The position numbers and the translations under genes are program-made. DNA of 63,798 bases from an uncultured virus (IMG/VR IMGVR_UViG_3300020460_001009). Taxonomy: Duplodnaviria; Heunggongvirae; Uroviricota; Caudoviricetes. The notes beneath the pieces are model-generated. The model did no database searches. It worked only from the letters and a program-made list of their open reading frames with translations, and was not told the DNA's origin. Shown in pieces: positions 29,908-39,624 of the stretch; the first letter of the stretch is position 1; every line of letters starts with the position of its first letter. The stretch is from IMG/VR virus record IMGVR_UViG_3300020460_001009. One strand, given 5' to 3'.

Positions 29908-30632
29908 TTTATCACTGCATCGAAATGTGTATTTAATGTTCCGTTGTTCTTTAACCGACCACACAATTTTGAATGTTTCCATGTGACATCGTGTATCTTT
30001 ATATCAATTACATCTCCTTTATCAGCATCACCATCATTTTTATTCTTTGGATACATTTTACAAAACTCTTGCATATGTTTTGCATAACGAGCATCTCTCC
30101 AACTCGTACACCAATGAAAATGCATTTCACCGGTAAAATTGTCGTAGTTTAAATCAGTCAAATCAAAATATCTTTCTTGATCCTCTGCACTCGCAGCCCT
30201 TCTTGCCCATTCTGCAAGATGTGGTCTGTCATTTCTTCCGAACTCAGGATGTTCACGAATAAAAGTTTGAGCACTGTACGGGAGAATGTAATTCGCATTA
30301 AGTAAAATTCCAAACAATGCACTTGCATATCCACCAAGTGATGATCCAGTCATAACCACATTTTCACATTTAGATTCTTCAATTATTTCACGAAACATTT
30401 CAACATGAGAATCTATTCCACTGGATAATTTATCTTTGTCTTCATAATAAAGTTTTCCCATGTAATATGCTTTTCCTTCGTCACGAACATTTACAACTTT
30501 AACTGGACGATCTTTAAAAAAATTGACCCACTCAAATCCTACCATTTGTCCACGACCTTGTCCCGCAAACGAAAATACCAATGTTTTAGCATCATTATTT
30601 TCAAAACCACCTGTTTGTATACTCGTTTCCAT
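29904..30632 (-). CDS. Alpha/beta hydrolase fold protein
   Basis: VFSFAG, VRD, MTGSSLGGYAS nucleophile elbow, C-terminal His. Confidence 0.75.
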   Translation of the reverse strand: METSIQTGGFENNDAKTLVFSFAGQGRGQMVGFEWVNFFKDRPVKVVNVRDEGKAYYMGKLYYEDKDKLSSGIDSHVEMFREIIEESKCENVVMTGSSLGGYASALFGILLNANYILPYSAQTFIREHPEFGRNDRPHLAEWARRAASAEDQERYFDLTDLNYDNFTGEMHFHWCTSWRDARYAKHMQEFCKMYPKNKNDGDADKGDVIDIKIHDVTWKHSKLCGRLKNNGTLNTHFDAVIK

Positions 30633-31249
30633 TACATATTATCCAATACGAATTGAGCAACTTGCTTACCAAGAAGTTCTCTTCCGTGTTCAAGAAAATG
30701 ACAATTATTTTCTGCTCTTGGGTGCATATACAAAGTAGGATAATCTTCCTGTGATTTTACAAATCCATACAAATCGTTGTGTGGTACATCAAACTTTTTC
30801 ATTACTGTTAATGCAATTTCATTTAATCTCACCACATCCAGATCGTTTCTCATTCCTGCATTTTTAGGATTTGGGGTGGTGTTGGAAAATAAAGGTTTTG
30901 ATCCGTACCAAATTATTTTTTCAACTTCCTCAATGAGTTCTGCTTCGTATGTTTCAAAATCAGATTCAGGTGCTCGTTTTACATCACCACGACCTTTATC
31001 CGGAAGTTTGATGCTATGAAGTCCGAAATTAAAATGAACCCAATCTGCTTTAATTTTTCTGCCGTTGTATCTACGCTTACGAATAAACGCACCTTTCATG
31101 TATCTTAGTTGCTTCCACTGACAAGATGTCCATTTCTCAGGTATAATACCCTGCACTTCATGCTCTGCCAAATACTCTTCGGTATATGGAAAATAGTGTC
31201 TAGTTATAGAATCACCACAAAATAATACTTTTTTATCAAACTCACTCAT
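30632..31249 (-). CDS. SGNH/GDSL hydrolase (esterase or O-acyltransferase)
   Basis: GDSIT, FNFGLH, TTP, N..A, NCHF..G...LG. Confidence 0.85.
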   Translation of the reverse strand: MSEFDKKVLFCGDSITRHYFPYTEEYLAEHEVQGIIPEKWTSCQWKQLRYMKGAFIRKRRYNGRKIKADWVHFNFGLHSIKLPDKGRGDVKRAPESDFETYEAELIEEVEKIIWYGSKPLFSNTTPNPKNAGMRNDLDVVRLNEIALTVMKKFDVPHNDLYGFVKSQEDYPTLYMHPRAENNCHFLEHGRELLGKQVAQFVLDNM

Positions 31250-31275
31250 AATTTCTCCCTGTAATAGTTACTTTT

Positions 31276-31284
31276 TATAAATAT
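31276..31284 (-). promoter_or_regulatory. ATATTTATA motif (putative late promoter)
   Basis: Intergenic, upstream of a GGGAG SD and ATG 31249. Confidence 0.6.
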
Positions 31285-31296
31285 GAAAATAATGAA

Positions 31297-31983
31297 TTAT
31301 TCATTATCTTTAGCAGAAAGTCTTAAAGATTTTGCCATCCGTGTCGACTTTGTAATGTCACTTGGGATATCATATTGAGTTGTTACAGTTGGAATTGTTA
31401 TGTAAGTTTTTGGTAAAAAGGTTTGTTGATACCACCAATCAAGATATGAATTGTTATTTTTAACGATGTCTTCCCACAAATCTCCGTTATATCTCTCAAT
31501 CATATATTCAAACACAGACGAATTAATCGCATATGATTGAGTCCATCCTACTGATTTACAATTCCATAAATAATCAATAGAGTCATCATACTCTCCAGAC
31601 CACTCGTTAGACAAACGATTATATGTTGGACGATGACGGATTCTACGCTCACATCCTCCTAAATAATAAAATTCCCAATCAGATTGCTTAAGAACTTCAA
31701 TAGATTTGTTAAATTTCTTTTCACACATATCTTTGTAGAAAGCAACATCATCTTCGAATATTAATACGTTACTTAATTTTTTTTCGTAAGCAAGTTTTAC
31801 AATTCTCATGTGACTTTCATAAAAACCTTTTTTGGGATTTTCAGAATCGGCAACTGCATCGAATCTCTGAACTCTATCAAGTATTCCTATTTTTTTAAAT
31901 TCTTTTTTTGATAGTTCCCATCTATCAGTTCTGTGCTTCATATTGACACAATATATTTCGTCAAAGTAATCAAAATTAATCAT
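31297..31983 (-). CDS. GT25 family glycosyltransferase
   Basis: IYCVNM..RTDRW, ESH, VLIFEDD, YYLG, SYAIN. Confidence 0.88.
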   Translation of the reverse strand: MINFDYFDEIYCVNMKHRTDRWELSKKEFKKIGILDRVQRFDAVADSENPKKGFYESHMRIVKLAYEKKLSNVLIFEDDVAFYKDMCEKKFNKSIEVLKQSDWEFYYLGGCERRIRHRPTYNRLSNEWSGEYDDSIDYLWNCKSVGWTQSYAINSSVFEYMIERYNGDLWEDIVKNNNSYLDWWYQQTFLPKTYITIPTVTTQYDIPSDITKSTRMAKSLRLSAKDNE

Positions 31984-32006
31984 TGTAAGTTTCCTTTATT
32001 TTTTAG

Positions 32007-32705
32007 TTATTCCCACACCTCCGTCCATCGGTGAACTCCATATGAATCTGGCCAATCCTCATGCGTAGTCTTGGTTGCTTCCTTTAAAACTCGTTTAACC
32101 TTTCGTTTCCCACTTATATTTTTGTAATGCTTCCATGTATAAGGATAAAACCAATGCGAAGGCATCATAAGCAAATCATCTATTTCTTCGTAACTTTCAA
32201 GTGCTTCCGTAAGCATCATTGGTCCTGTTGTTGATAATACGTCACTCAAATCGTCCTTTGCCATCATTACCTCAAATACGTGTTCCCAAAATTTATGCTT
32301 TTTGTCGGAAAACATCAACGAGTTTGCAACACATCTGTAAAGAAGAGAAGGTGAATTTTTCAGATGATCATGCTCACGACTGAGCATCAATTTGTAATCT
32401 TGTTCAATTAAACCATCTATATTCTTAAAGCATTCAAAATCCATGTCTGCATATAATCCACCATATTCATATAAAACGAAATAACGAAATGCGTCTACTC
32501 TCTGAATATTCTTTGGATACTCATTGAATCTATCCACGAACCAAGGAAATTTGTCCTCAAGGAAGTTTTTGATATCTTCGTCTGTCCACAGTTTATATTC
32601 CCACGTTGGATTCAATTTTGTCCACGACTCAATCCACTCCTTCTTGAAAGTGTCGTAAGGAATGTTCTCGTTCTTCCAAGTTTGATGTATTATTTTAGGA
32701 ATCAT
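32007..32705 (-). CDS. GT32 (Gly_transf_sug/OCH1-like) glycosyltransferase
   Basis: MIPKIIHQTW, DAFRY..LY.YGGLYADMD, TGP; start refined to ATG 32705. Confidence 0.92.
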   Translation of the reverse strand: MIPKIIHQTWKNENIPYDTFKKEWIESWTKLNPTWEYKLWTDEDIKNFLEDKFPWFVDRFNEYPKNIQRVDAFRYFVLYEYGGLYADMDFECFKNIDGLIEQDYKLMLSREHDHLKNSPSLLYRCVANSLMFSDKKHKFWEHVFEVMMAKDDLSDVLSTTGPMMLTEALESYEEIDDLLMMPSHWFYPYTWKHYKNISGKRKVKRVLKEATKTTHEDWPDSYGVHRWTEVWE

Positions 32706-32706
32706 T

Positions 32707-33426
32707 TTACAAACTACCACCTCTCCACTCACCATAGCACACATGAATTCCATAAGAACCCATACCGACATATTCGGATTCTCTTTCAAAAACATGATTC
32801 TCTCTACGTTTAGCACCACGTTCACCTACCCCAAACGCAAGTCTACCCGGAACTTCTGGATGAAATAATTTTTGCTCAGGTGTAATTATACCATCTTTAT
32901 TATTGAATTGCTTCCACATACAAGTTAAAAACATAGGACCTGTTCCTTTTTTATCGGCAGAAACCCACTCGTCTTCAACAACATCAGATATATTTCTATT
33001 ATATGTAAATAATGTATCAATTACCGATTTCCAAAATGGGTGGTTTGGAGTAGATGCAAATACACAATTCCCCAACAAAGCACCTCTCATTTTTTTACTC
33101 TGTTTCATTCTACATGGCAAAACAACATCATTGTCAAATAAATCAAATTTTTTAAAAAATAGATAATCCATATCAGCATAAAGTCCACCAAACTTATACA
33201 TTAAAAAATAACGAAACATATCTATTTTCATAATTGGTCGTGGGAGATCATTAAATTTCCCATAATAATCAGGGAATTCCTTTTTCATAAACACATCCAT
33301 TGTTTCATCTATATAAAATCTATACTCAAAATCCGAATGAAGGGTTTTTATCCTCTCTTGATATTTTTTATATCTGCTTGGTATATCTTCGGTCTTATAT
33401 GTTTGATGTATTATTTTAGGAATCAT
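32707..33426 (-). CDS. GT32 glycosyltransferase
   Basis: MIPKIIHQTY, DMFRY..MY.FGGLYADMD, HPFW, TGP. Confidence 0.92.
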   Translation of the reverse strand: MIPKIIHQTYKTEDIPSRYKKYQERIKTLHSDFEYRFYIDETMDVFMKKEFPDYYGKFNDLPRPIMKIDMFRYFLMYKFGGLYADMDYLFFKKFDLFDNDVVLPCRMKQSKKMRGALLGNCVFASTPNHPFWKSVIDTLFTYNRNISDVVEDEWVSADKKGTGPMFLTCMWKQFNNKDGIITPEQKLFHPEVPGRLAFGVGERGAKRRENHVFERESEYVGMGSYGIHVCYGEWRGGSL

Positions 33427-34375
33427 TTATCAAGTCCTTAAAAATTTTATCCAATTTCACCGTATAATTTGCCATATCCATATTTGCATCAAAATATCTT
33501 TGACGAACTCTACTTGCCATTTCCCTAAGTTTATCTTTATCTGCCAATGCTTGATTTATTTTATCCATGATTACATTATTCCCCATGTGAATATTAAGAT
33601 CAATGTAATCATCTTGGTATATTTCTTTTGCTTGTGTTGCCATCGTCCCCACTACCACCGTACCCGACAGAGAGGTTTCCATGTACTTGGAATACCATGA
33701 GTCATATGGATTTTTGTATTTATTATATGGTCCATGAGATTCAGATGTACAAACACATAACCACGATTTGTTTATTTCTTTTGAAAGTTCTGCACCACGA
33801 ATTGCTTTTTCTGCTGACTTGTCTGTATATCCTGGATGTGGTATGTATTTCACATTATACTCATCATTATTACCCATTTCACTGAGCAGTAATCTAAATA
33901 GTTTCCAACGAAATGGGTATAGTTTACGGAAACTATGATTTCCAAACAAAATCATGTCGTATTCCTTTTCCAATCCCCAATCCTTGAACGTATCGTAATC
34001 TTGATGATGTGGTATGTAGTATTTTTTAACTTCTGAACAAAGTAATCCATTTACTGTTTTTTTGTCATCATATCTAAGAATTACAAAGTCGTACTTACTA
34101 TCTATGTTTCGTTCGTTGGATTCATAAAGTTGCCACAAATCTTGTCGAAATTTTCCCACTAATACTTTATTTCCCTTATAGTTGGTAACAACTTCTGAAA
34201 ATTCTTCTACTGTCGTATCATTAACCACGATATCATACTTTTTAATATCCACATTTGCAAGTTCCGACATATCTACAACATCGTATTCTTTTTCCACCCA
34301 CGACATAATAGTGTTATGATTCATACTCATTCGTTTTTCATACACCGAACGATTAACTATAAACAAAACCTTCAT
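33416..34375 (-). CDS. GT-B fold glycosyltransferase (Glyco_trans_1_2-like)
   Basis: KEYDMILFG...YPFR, HPGY, INKSWLC, KYMETSLSG. Confidence 0.65.
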   Translation of the reverse strand: MKVLFIVNRSVYEKRMSMNHNTIMSWVEKEYDVVDMSELANVDIKKYDIVVNDTTVEEFSEVVTNYKGNKVLVGKFRQDLWQLYESNERNIDSKYDFVILRYDDKKTVNGLLCSEVKKYYIPHHQDYDTFKDWGLEKEYDMILFGNHSFRKLYPFRWKLFRLLLSEMGNNDEYNVKYIPHPGYTDKSAEKAIRGAELSKEINKSWLCVCTSESHGPYNKYKNPYDSWYSKYMETSLSGTVVVGTMATQAKEIYQDDYIDLNIHMGNNVIMDKINQALADKDKLREMASRVRQRYFDANMDMANYTVKLDKIFKDLINDS

Positions 34376-35199
34376 TTTAAATATTTCTCCATACTTCTGT
34401 CTATGTTATTAAAATTCATATCAGGATGATCTTTAAAATAAGATGCATGGGATTGAGATGCACATTTTTTTGGATGACCACGATAGTGATGAAAAAGAAT
34501 TTTATCCATATGCACAATCTTAGAAACACCTACACTACACTTTGCCTTATGAATCGGTGCTTTAAAATCATTAATTGGACTTTTAACAATGCACTTACAA
34601 TGTTGGGGTAAATCATACCCATAATTGAATATTTCCTTTGTTTTATTTCCTCGATTTCTTTCTTGAAAAACTCGTTGCCCCAACCAAAATGAAGTTACTT
34701 GCTTTCTTCCGTGCTTGCCGGTACGATGATCTTCTTTTAAGAATTGTTTTAAATTTTGGTGTGATTTCACAACCACATACTCATCTGGATCAATATTTAA
34801 CCACCACTCTGATTTAAAGTTTTTTGTACAATTTTCATAAGCAAGACATTGTGCTTTGTGATTCGATTTATCAAACTCATCTCTCCAAAACCAATCAATT
34901 AATTTTACATGTTCAGAATACTTTTTAATTAGATCGTTCAATAGATTTGTAATTTCTTCATCACTTAAATCAATATGATACTCTGCATCTGGTTTCTTTT
35001 GCCATTTTACACCCACCTCTTCGGTATCTAATTTTCTTTGAGTGTTCTCACCCTTTGTACTCAATATATTAAAACCCGTGTTGTAAATGAATATTTTATC
35101 TACACCCAAATCCAAATGATGTTCAATCCACTCTTCAAGAAAGGAAATTTCCATTCTAGGTGCTATCATAGTGCAGATACTTACAAAATTATTTTCCAC
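34372..35199 (-). CDS. GT92/GT2_4-like glycosyltransferase
   Basis: FLEEWIEHHLDLGVDKIFIYN, Q..AY, WWLNIDPDEY, KCIV, HHY; GTG start 7 nt after GGAG. Confidence 0.8.
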   Translation of the reverse strand: MENNFVSICTMIAPRMEISFLEEWIEHHLDLGVDKIFIYNTGFNILSTKGENTQRKLDTEEVGVKWQKKPDAEYHIDLSDEEITNLLNDLIKKYSEHVKLIDWFWRDEFDKSNHKAQCLAYENCTKNFKSEWWLNIDPDEYVVVKSHQNLKQFLKEDHRTGKHGRKQVTSFWLGQRVFQERNRGNKTKEIFNYGYDLPQHCKCIVKSPINDFKAPIHKAKCSVGVSKIVHMDKILFHHYRGHPKKCASQSHASYFKDHPDMNFNNIDRSMEKYLK

Positions 35200-35725
35200 T
35201 GCACAACTCCTGCTTCCAATAATCATAACACTTGTTTGGTTGTATACCAGCATACCTATGCTTCAAGTAAAACTTACACGCAGGATACACCCATTTAAGT
35301 GTATCCGACAACTCAACCGTGTCATTATCATTATCATCCATCATCTGCCTTATAAATATTGCAGATGAAACATTTTGAATTGTTTTGGTAAAATCCAAAG
35401 CAAGTCGTTCATACTTGGTTTTTGCTCCGTTGTATATTGTGCTTAGTTTCTTTCCAAGTGGCAACACATCATAGAACAATGTTCCGTTTCGTTCATCTTT
35501 AATTATTGTGTAAGCATTTCCATTAAGAAGATTTATTGCTCCGGTTTGAACTTTGATTTTATCTTCCGCAGGAAAAAAGTCCTTGAACTGATTATTCAAA
35601 CACCACAACAAAGTTTCATACGACAAATCACCGACATTATCAAACAAAGTGGTATTCGTATTTAAGGCACAATCCTTTAATACGGACGAAACTACTGGTT
35701 GTGATCCTAAGCTTAAATAAATCAT
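35189..35725 (-). CDS. Degenerate DUF1796-like protein
   Basis: YLSLGS, LFD, FYD, KYER, FIR; the putative catalytic Cys and His positions are not conserved. Confidence 0.5.
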   Translation of the reverse strand: MIYLSLGSQPVVSSVLKDCALNTNTTLFDNVGDLSYETLLWCLNNQFKDFFPAEDKIKVQTGAINLLNGNAYTIIKDERNGTLFYDVLPLGKKLSTIYNGAKTKYERLALDFTKTIQNVSSAIFIRQMMDDNDNDTVELSDTLKWVYPACKFYLKHRYAGIQPNKCYDYWKQELCSGK

Positions 35726-35726
35726 T

Positions 35727-35834
35727 TTAGATGTTGGGTAAATAAATTCCCCATTTTCTCCCGTTCTTAACGCATCTTTTTTGTAATTTTCTTAAATCTA
35801 AATCTACTTCACTTAATTTTACACTAGATTGCAT
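35727..35834 (-). pseudogene. 35-aa ORF, possible gene remnant
   Basis: GAGG SD, then MQSSVKLSEVDLDLRKLQKRCVKNGRKWGIYLPNI; stop lies just before the next ATG. Confidence 0.35.
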
Positions 35835-35858
35835 AATACCCTCTTAATTTATTTTTTC

Positions 35859-36320
35859 TTATGTATCTCCATTTAAAATCGGTTGATAATATCCTCTTCG
35901 TTTGGCAAAAATATCAATAAGTTTTAAACATATATCTCCATATAAAAAGTACAATATTGACAATCTATGCATTGCATCGTCAAGTCGATATAGTCCACCA
36001 TCACTCGCCGTATGCGTTTTATTCAACCTTGCCCACTTACCTGTTGGATTTTTTGATATAGTTATATATTGAGTATGACACCACCCATTAGTTTTTAAAT
36101 CTTCAAATAAACTACAAAAGTGTTCATAGTGTTGAGATGTACCTGTATGGTTGTCACTGCAATTTTTTTTGGCAGTATAAAAATACTCATCGTAAATTTT
36201 ACGATCATCGTGCTTTAAACACAGATAAAAAGGCAACTCATTTATCGTAGCAGGATAAACCTTACAATTTTCGTCACGCAGATGAAACTGCAATTCTGAG
36301 ATTCTTATGTTCTTGAGCAT
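35859..36320 (-). CDS. Hypothetical protein, weak ParB/Srx-like DxxHR motif
   Basis: L..NGW...I.I...YRLDDAMHRLSIL; translationally coupled to the upstream gene. Confidence 0.5.
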   Translation of the reverse strand: MLKNIRISELQFHLRDENCKVYPATINELPFYLCLKHDDRKIYDEYFYTAKKNCSDNHTGTSQHYEHFCSLFEDLKTNGWCHTQYITISKNPTGKWARLNKTHTASDGGLYRLDDAMHRLSILYFLYGDICLKLIDIFAKRRGYYQPILNGDT

Positions 36321-36994
36321 TAGTCCTCCCCATATTTATACCCAAGAACTTCAATGTCATTCTTGTAGAATTTACGAACAATTTCAATTGTTTCATCATC
36401 GTAGAATTCAGTATAGTGAGGACGATTTTTTGCATTGTGTTTATGTGGTAAAACAATATCTTTATCTACACCAAGTTTTCCACACAATGTTTCAAGGTCT
36501 TCTCTGAGGTTTTCATAACGACCAATCCAATCTACAAGAATCTTTTTTTCTTTTTCATCGTAAATCTCGTCAAATGCTTTGGTCAACACAACTGCACGGT
36601 CACGATGTCCAAGTTGTGGGACACCACGAATAATCTTACGTGGATTTTCCAACCAATTCAACCAACCTTCCCATCTCCACTTTGTCCACTCTTTGAAATC
36701 TCGTTTAGCAACGTCTCGTTCTCCTTTGGCAAGTCTCCATTGATACTGAGATACCAACCGATCCCAAGGATTTCTAACAAATGCGAAGGTCAGATATTCT
36801 TCCCACACATCCATGCCAAACATTTTTTGTGCCTGTTCTACCGTAAAGTGAATCTTCTTGGATTCCTTCGGATCTCGTTTTGTTTTTTCAAATCGTTCAC
36901 CTTCCTTTTTGCGTTGACTTAACGCAGTTGATATACTTGAACCGGCAGTTCTTGGGATGTGAATGAATATGCATTTAATATCGTGGTCAATCAT
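36320..36994 (-). CDS. Sulfotransferase family 2 protein
   Basis: IFIHIPRTAGSSI, FAFVRNPWDRLVS, IGRYENL, HYTEFYD. Confidence 0.92.
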   Translation of the reverse strand: MIDHDIKCIFIHIPRTAGSSISTALSQRKKEGERFEKTKRDPKESKKIHFTVEQAQKMFGMDVWEEYLTFAFVRNPWDRLVSQYQWRLAKGERDVAKRDFKEWTKWRWEGWLNWLENPRKIIRGVPQLGHRDRAVVLTKAFDEIYDEKEKKILVDWIGRYENLREDLETLCGKLGVDKDIVLPHKHNAKNRPHYTEFYDDETIEIVRKFYKNDIEVLGYKYGED

Positions 36995-37003
36995 TTTTAT
37001 TTT

Positions 37004-38620
37004 TTATACCTTTATCTTATTGAAATTCTTTTGATAGAATTCCGACATTTTCTGTGTAATCTCTGTATGTGTAACATTGGGATCATTGTATTTCATAAGT
37101 TCACCAATCACCGATTCTGCGATGTGCATGGCAAGACCAAGTTTATTGTTTGAGTTCTCAAGTGCAACAAACTTGTAGTTTTCTGAATTGATATAAACAC
37201 AAAAGTCACCTACCGTTTCCAAATCTGCCATCACCTTTTTTTGGTTCGCACCAAATGCTTTGATTTCGTATTTAATTCCACGACGTTTTTTTGGTGTTGG
37301 TTTCGTTAAATCTTTTTTAAGGTTTTGTGCAGCTCTCGCACGACGTCTTCTTTTATAGGGACCTTGGGTTTTGTGCTTCACTTCGTTGTTGATAATTTTA
37401 TCGGCAATTTTTTCGGAAACATTTTCTTTTTTCATTTGTTCTTTTGTAGACAAATCTTTTTTCTGTTTCTTTGGTTGAAGTTCAATCGTCATATCATCAC
37501 TTGTCAAATTCATATTTTCTGCAATGATTCCCACCACATCAATTACTATATTATCCAATGAATGTGTTGTTTTTTTCTTTGTATTCAATATCATATAACT
37601 TGTCAATAAATCTACAATCAACTCAGATACTTTGTCAAAAAATGGTTTAGTAAGTGAATGATCTTCTCGCAACGAATGGTGCGACAAATCTTTTGCTGGC
37701 ATTCCAGTGTGATCAAGAACTGAACTTAAATCATTGCATACAACGAATCCTCTTAAATTCTGAAACAACTTGTGTAATTTACTTGGTTGTGATCCAAACA
37801 CGTCATCTGCCGTTAACGTACGAATTTTAGTTCCAGACACAATTGTCACTCCATCAAGATTAGAAGACTTGAAATCACCAGGTGATTGCAACAAAGTCAA
37901 GTTCATGCTTAATTCCGAAGTGGTTGTTTCACTATTCATTTCGTATTCAAAAGTTTCCTCGATGCGTGGAAACGTGTATCCGGTTAAGGTATAATCAAAC
38001 TGCAAAGATTCTCCGTTTAGTATAATGTCAATTTCGTTTTTACCTTGTTTTACAAGATGTCCAAAAAAGTCTTGAAGTTCTTTTCTAACCGAGTCCACAT
38101 TCCAACCACCCGAAGCAATTGGTAAATCAAGATTGTGTATTGTAATGATAGTTCCACTTTCAATCAAACGAGATGAATCCAATGTTTGTATTGTAGGTTG
38201 ATAGTCATCCAAAAACTCGGTTTTACCCGGTTGATAAGTTACCAAAAAACTATTTCCATTCAAATTCTTGGTTTCGATTTCCCAATGAGTGCTTTCACCA
38301 TCCGACAATTTGTCGTTTGCAACCTTTCCACCAATTCCCATGTGACCAAGACGTGGTCCAGCACCACCACTTGAATCATACGAATTGCCGAACACAAAAT
38401 ACTTTTCAAACGCAGACATTCCGTTTTCGTCTTTCGTATCATCAAATCCAACACCATTATCTTGAACGACCACGGACTTTTCATTCAATTGAATATTAAC
38501 GTTCGTTGCTCCGTTTTGAATTGAGTTCTTCACCAACTCGGTAAATGCTTGAGCATACGTAATTGTTGACTGAAGAATGTTACTTATATTCGCACCTGTT
38601 CTTATTTTAATTTTATCCAT
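37004..38620 (-). CDS. GHKL (HATPase_c_3, MORC/MutL-like) ATPase
   Basis: ELVKNSIQ (N box), DNGVG (G1), GHMGIG (G2), SGT (G3); has its own motif and GGGAG SD. Confidence 0.85.
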   Translation of the reverse strand: MDKIKIRTGANISNILQSTITYAQAFTELVKNSIQNGATNVNIQLNEKSVVVQDNGVGFDDTKDENGMSAFEKYFVFGNSYDSSGGAGPRLGHMGIGGKVANDKLSDGESTHWEIETKNLNGNSFLVTYQPGKTEFLDDYQPTIQTLDSSRLIESGTIITIHNLDLPIASGGWNVDSVRKELQDFFGHLVKQGKNEIDIILNGESLQFDYTLTGYTFPRIEETFEYEMNSETTTSELSMNLTLLQSPGDFKSSNLDGVTIVSGTKIRTLTADDVFGSQPSKLHKLFQNLRGFVVCNDLSSVLDHTGMPAKDLSHHSLREDHSLTKPFFDKVSELIVDLLTSYMILNTKKKTTHSLDNIVIDVVGIIAENMNLTSDDMTIELQPKKQKKDLSTKEQMKKENVSEKIADKIINNEVKHKTQGPYKRRRRARAAQNLKKDLTKPTPKKRRGIKYEIKAFGANQKKVMADLETVGDFCVYINSENYKFVALENSNNKLGLAMHIAESVIGELMKYNDPNVTHTEITQKMSEFYQKNFNKIKV

Positions 38621-38644
38621 ATTTTTTCTCCCAAAAGTTCTTAT

Positions 38645-38653
38645 AATAAATAT
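38645..38653 (-). promoter_or_regulatory. ATATTTATT motif (putative late promoter)
   Basis: Intergenic, upstream of the GHKL ATPase. Confidence 0.6.
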
Positions 38654-38658
38654 TAATA

Positions 38659-39624
38659 TTATTTCTTTTCCTTGCGTTTTCTACGACCTTCACCTCTTGG
38701 TTTTCTGCGACCTCTTCTTGCTCGTTTTTCCGCACGATATGCTTCTGTTAAGGGACCCGGTTTCATTTCAATGATTTCATCTGGAACAACCATACCGTCT
38801 GGTACGTCTCCTTTCCACATATCGTGACGAAGCATATTCCATACCTTGCGTTGATGATAATCAAAGTCTTGAAGTCCGTTTGCAGTCATTTCGTCAATGT
38901 TGCTCCATCCTACGGTGCAATTAAAGTGAACAATAAATGCGTCTTCTTCTGCTCGTTCTCGTCCACGATTCTTGATGTTGCGTTCCCAATGCACTCCTTG
39001 CGGATAACCATTTGCACTGAGTTGTACGTAATTTATATCATCAGGTTCAATCGCACGATGTAAACGAAGATTAAGAAGCATCATATCTTCCTTGAACTTG
39101 CGTTGTTTGATTTCCCCGTCTTCGTTTGTTTCAATGTATCCTCGTTTGAAATCTTCTCGGTCAATGTTAAACAAATGAATTGTTTTTTCATTGCTTTTAG
39201 CATAAAAGAAACCTGGACAAATACTTGCTCCACCTGCAACTTGAAATGCTACGTCGTAATTTCCTTCTTCGCAAATTTTTTCAAGGTCTGACAATGGATT
39301 CTTTAGAAAGTTGATGTCAGTATCAGCATAAAGCACGTTGTACCCTTGCGTAAGCAACTGATGTGTTGCTTCCATTTTGTTCCACATCAAAGCATCCCAT
39401 CCTTTTTGGTGAAACTCTGAAGTGGTTTCTATGTGAAAGTTCGGACTTATCCAACGCACACTTTCAATGTCTTTTTCTTCGGACATACGTTCAAACGATT
39501 CATCATCCAAGCAATACATGATAACCATGCTTTGCATATCCAATTCACGGATATACTTTAACCAGTTTAGGGCAAAGTCCAAATAACCACCATTTACGTA
39601 ACTTAGTAATTTAGTTTTTTCCAT
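38659..39624 (-). CDS. Nucleotide-diphospho-sugar transferase (GT77-like) with Arg/Lys-rich tail
   Basis: FALNW, VLYADTDINFLKNP, CPGFF, YPQG, VHFN; ends RAEKRARRGRRKPRGEGRRKRKEKK. Confidence 0.85.
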   Translation of the reverse strand: MEKTKLLSYVNGGYLDFALNWLKYIRELDMQSMVIMYCLDDESFERMSEEKDIESVRWISPNFHIETTSEFHQKGWDALMWNKMEATHQLLTQGYNVLYADTDINFLKNPLSDLEKICEEGNYDVAFQVAGGASICPGFFYAKSNEKTIHLFNIDREDFKRGYIETNEDGEIKQRKFKEDMMLLNLRLHRAIEPDDINYVQLSANGYPQGVHWERNIKNRGRERAEEDAFIVHFNCTVGWSNIDEMTANGLQDFDYHQRKVWNMLRHDMWKGDVPDGMVVPDEIIEMKPGPLTEAYRAEKRARRGRRKPRGEGRRKRKEKK

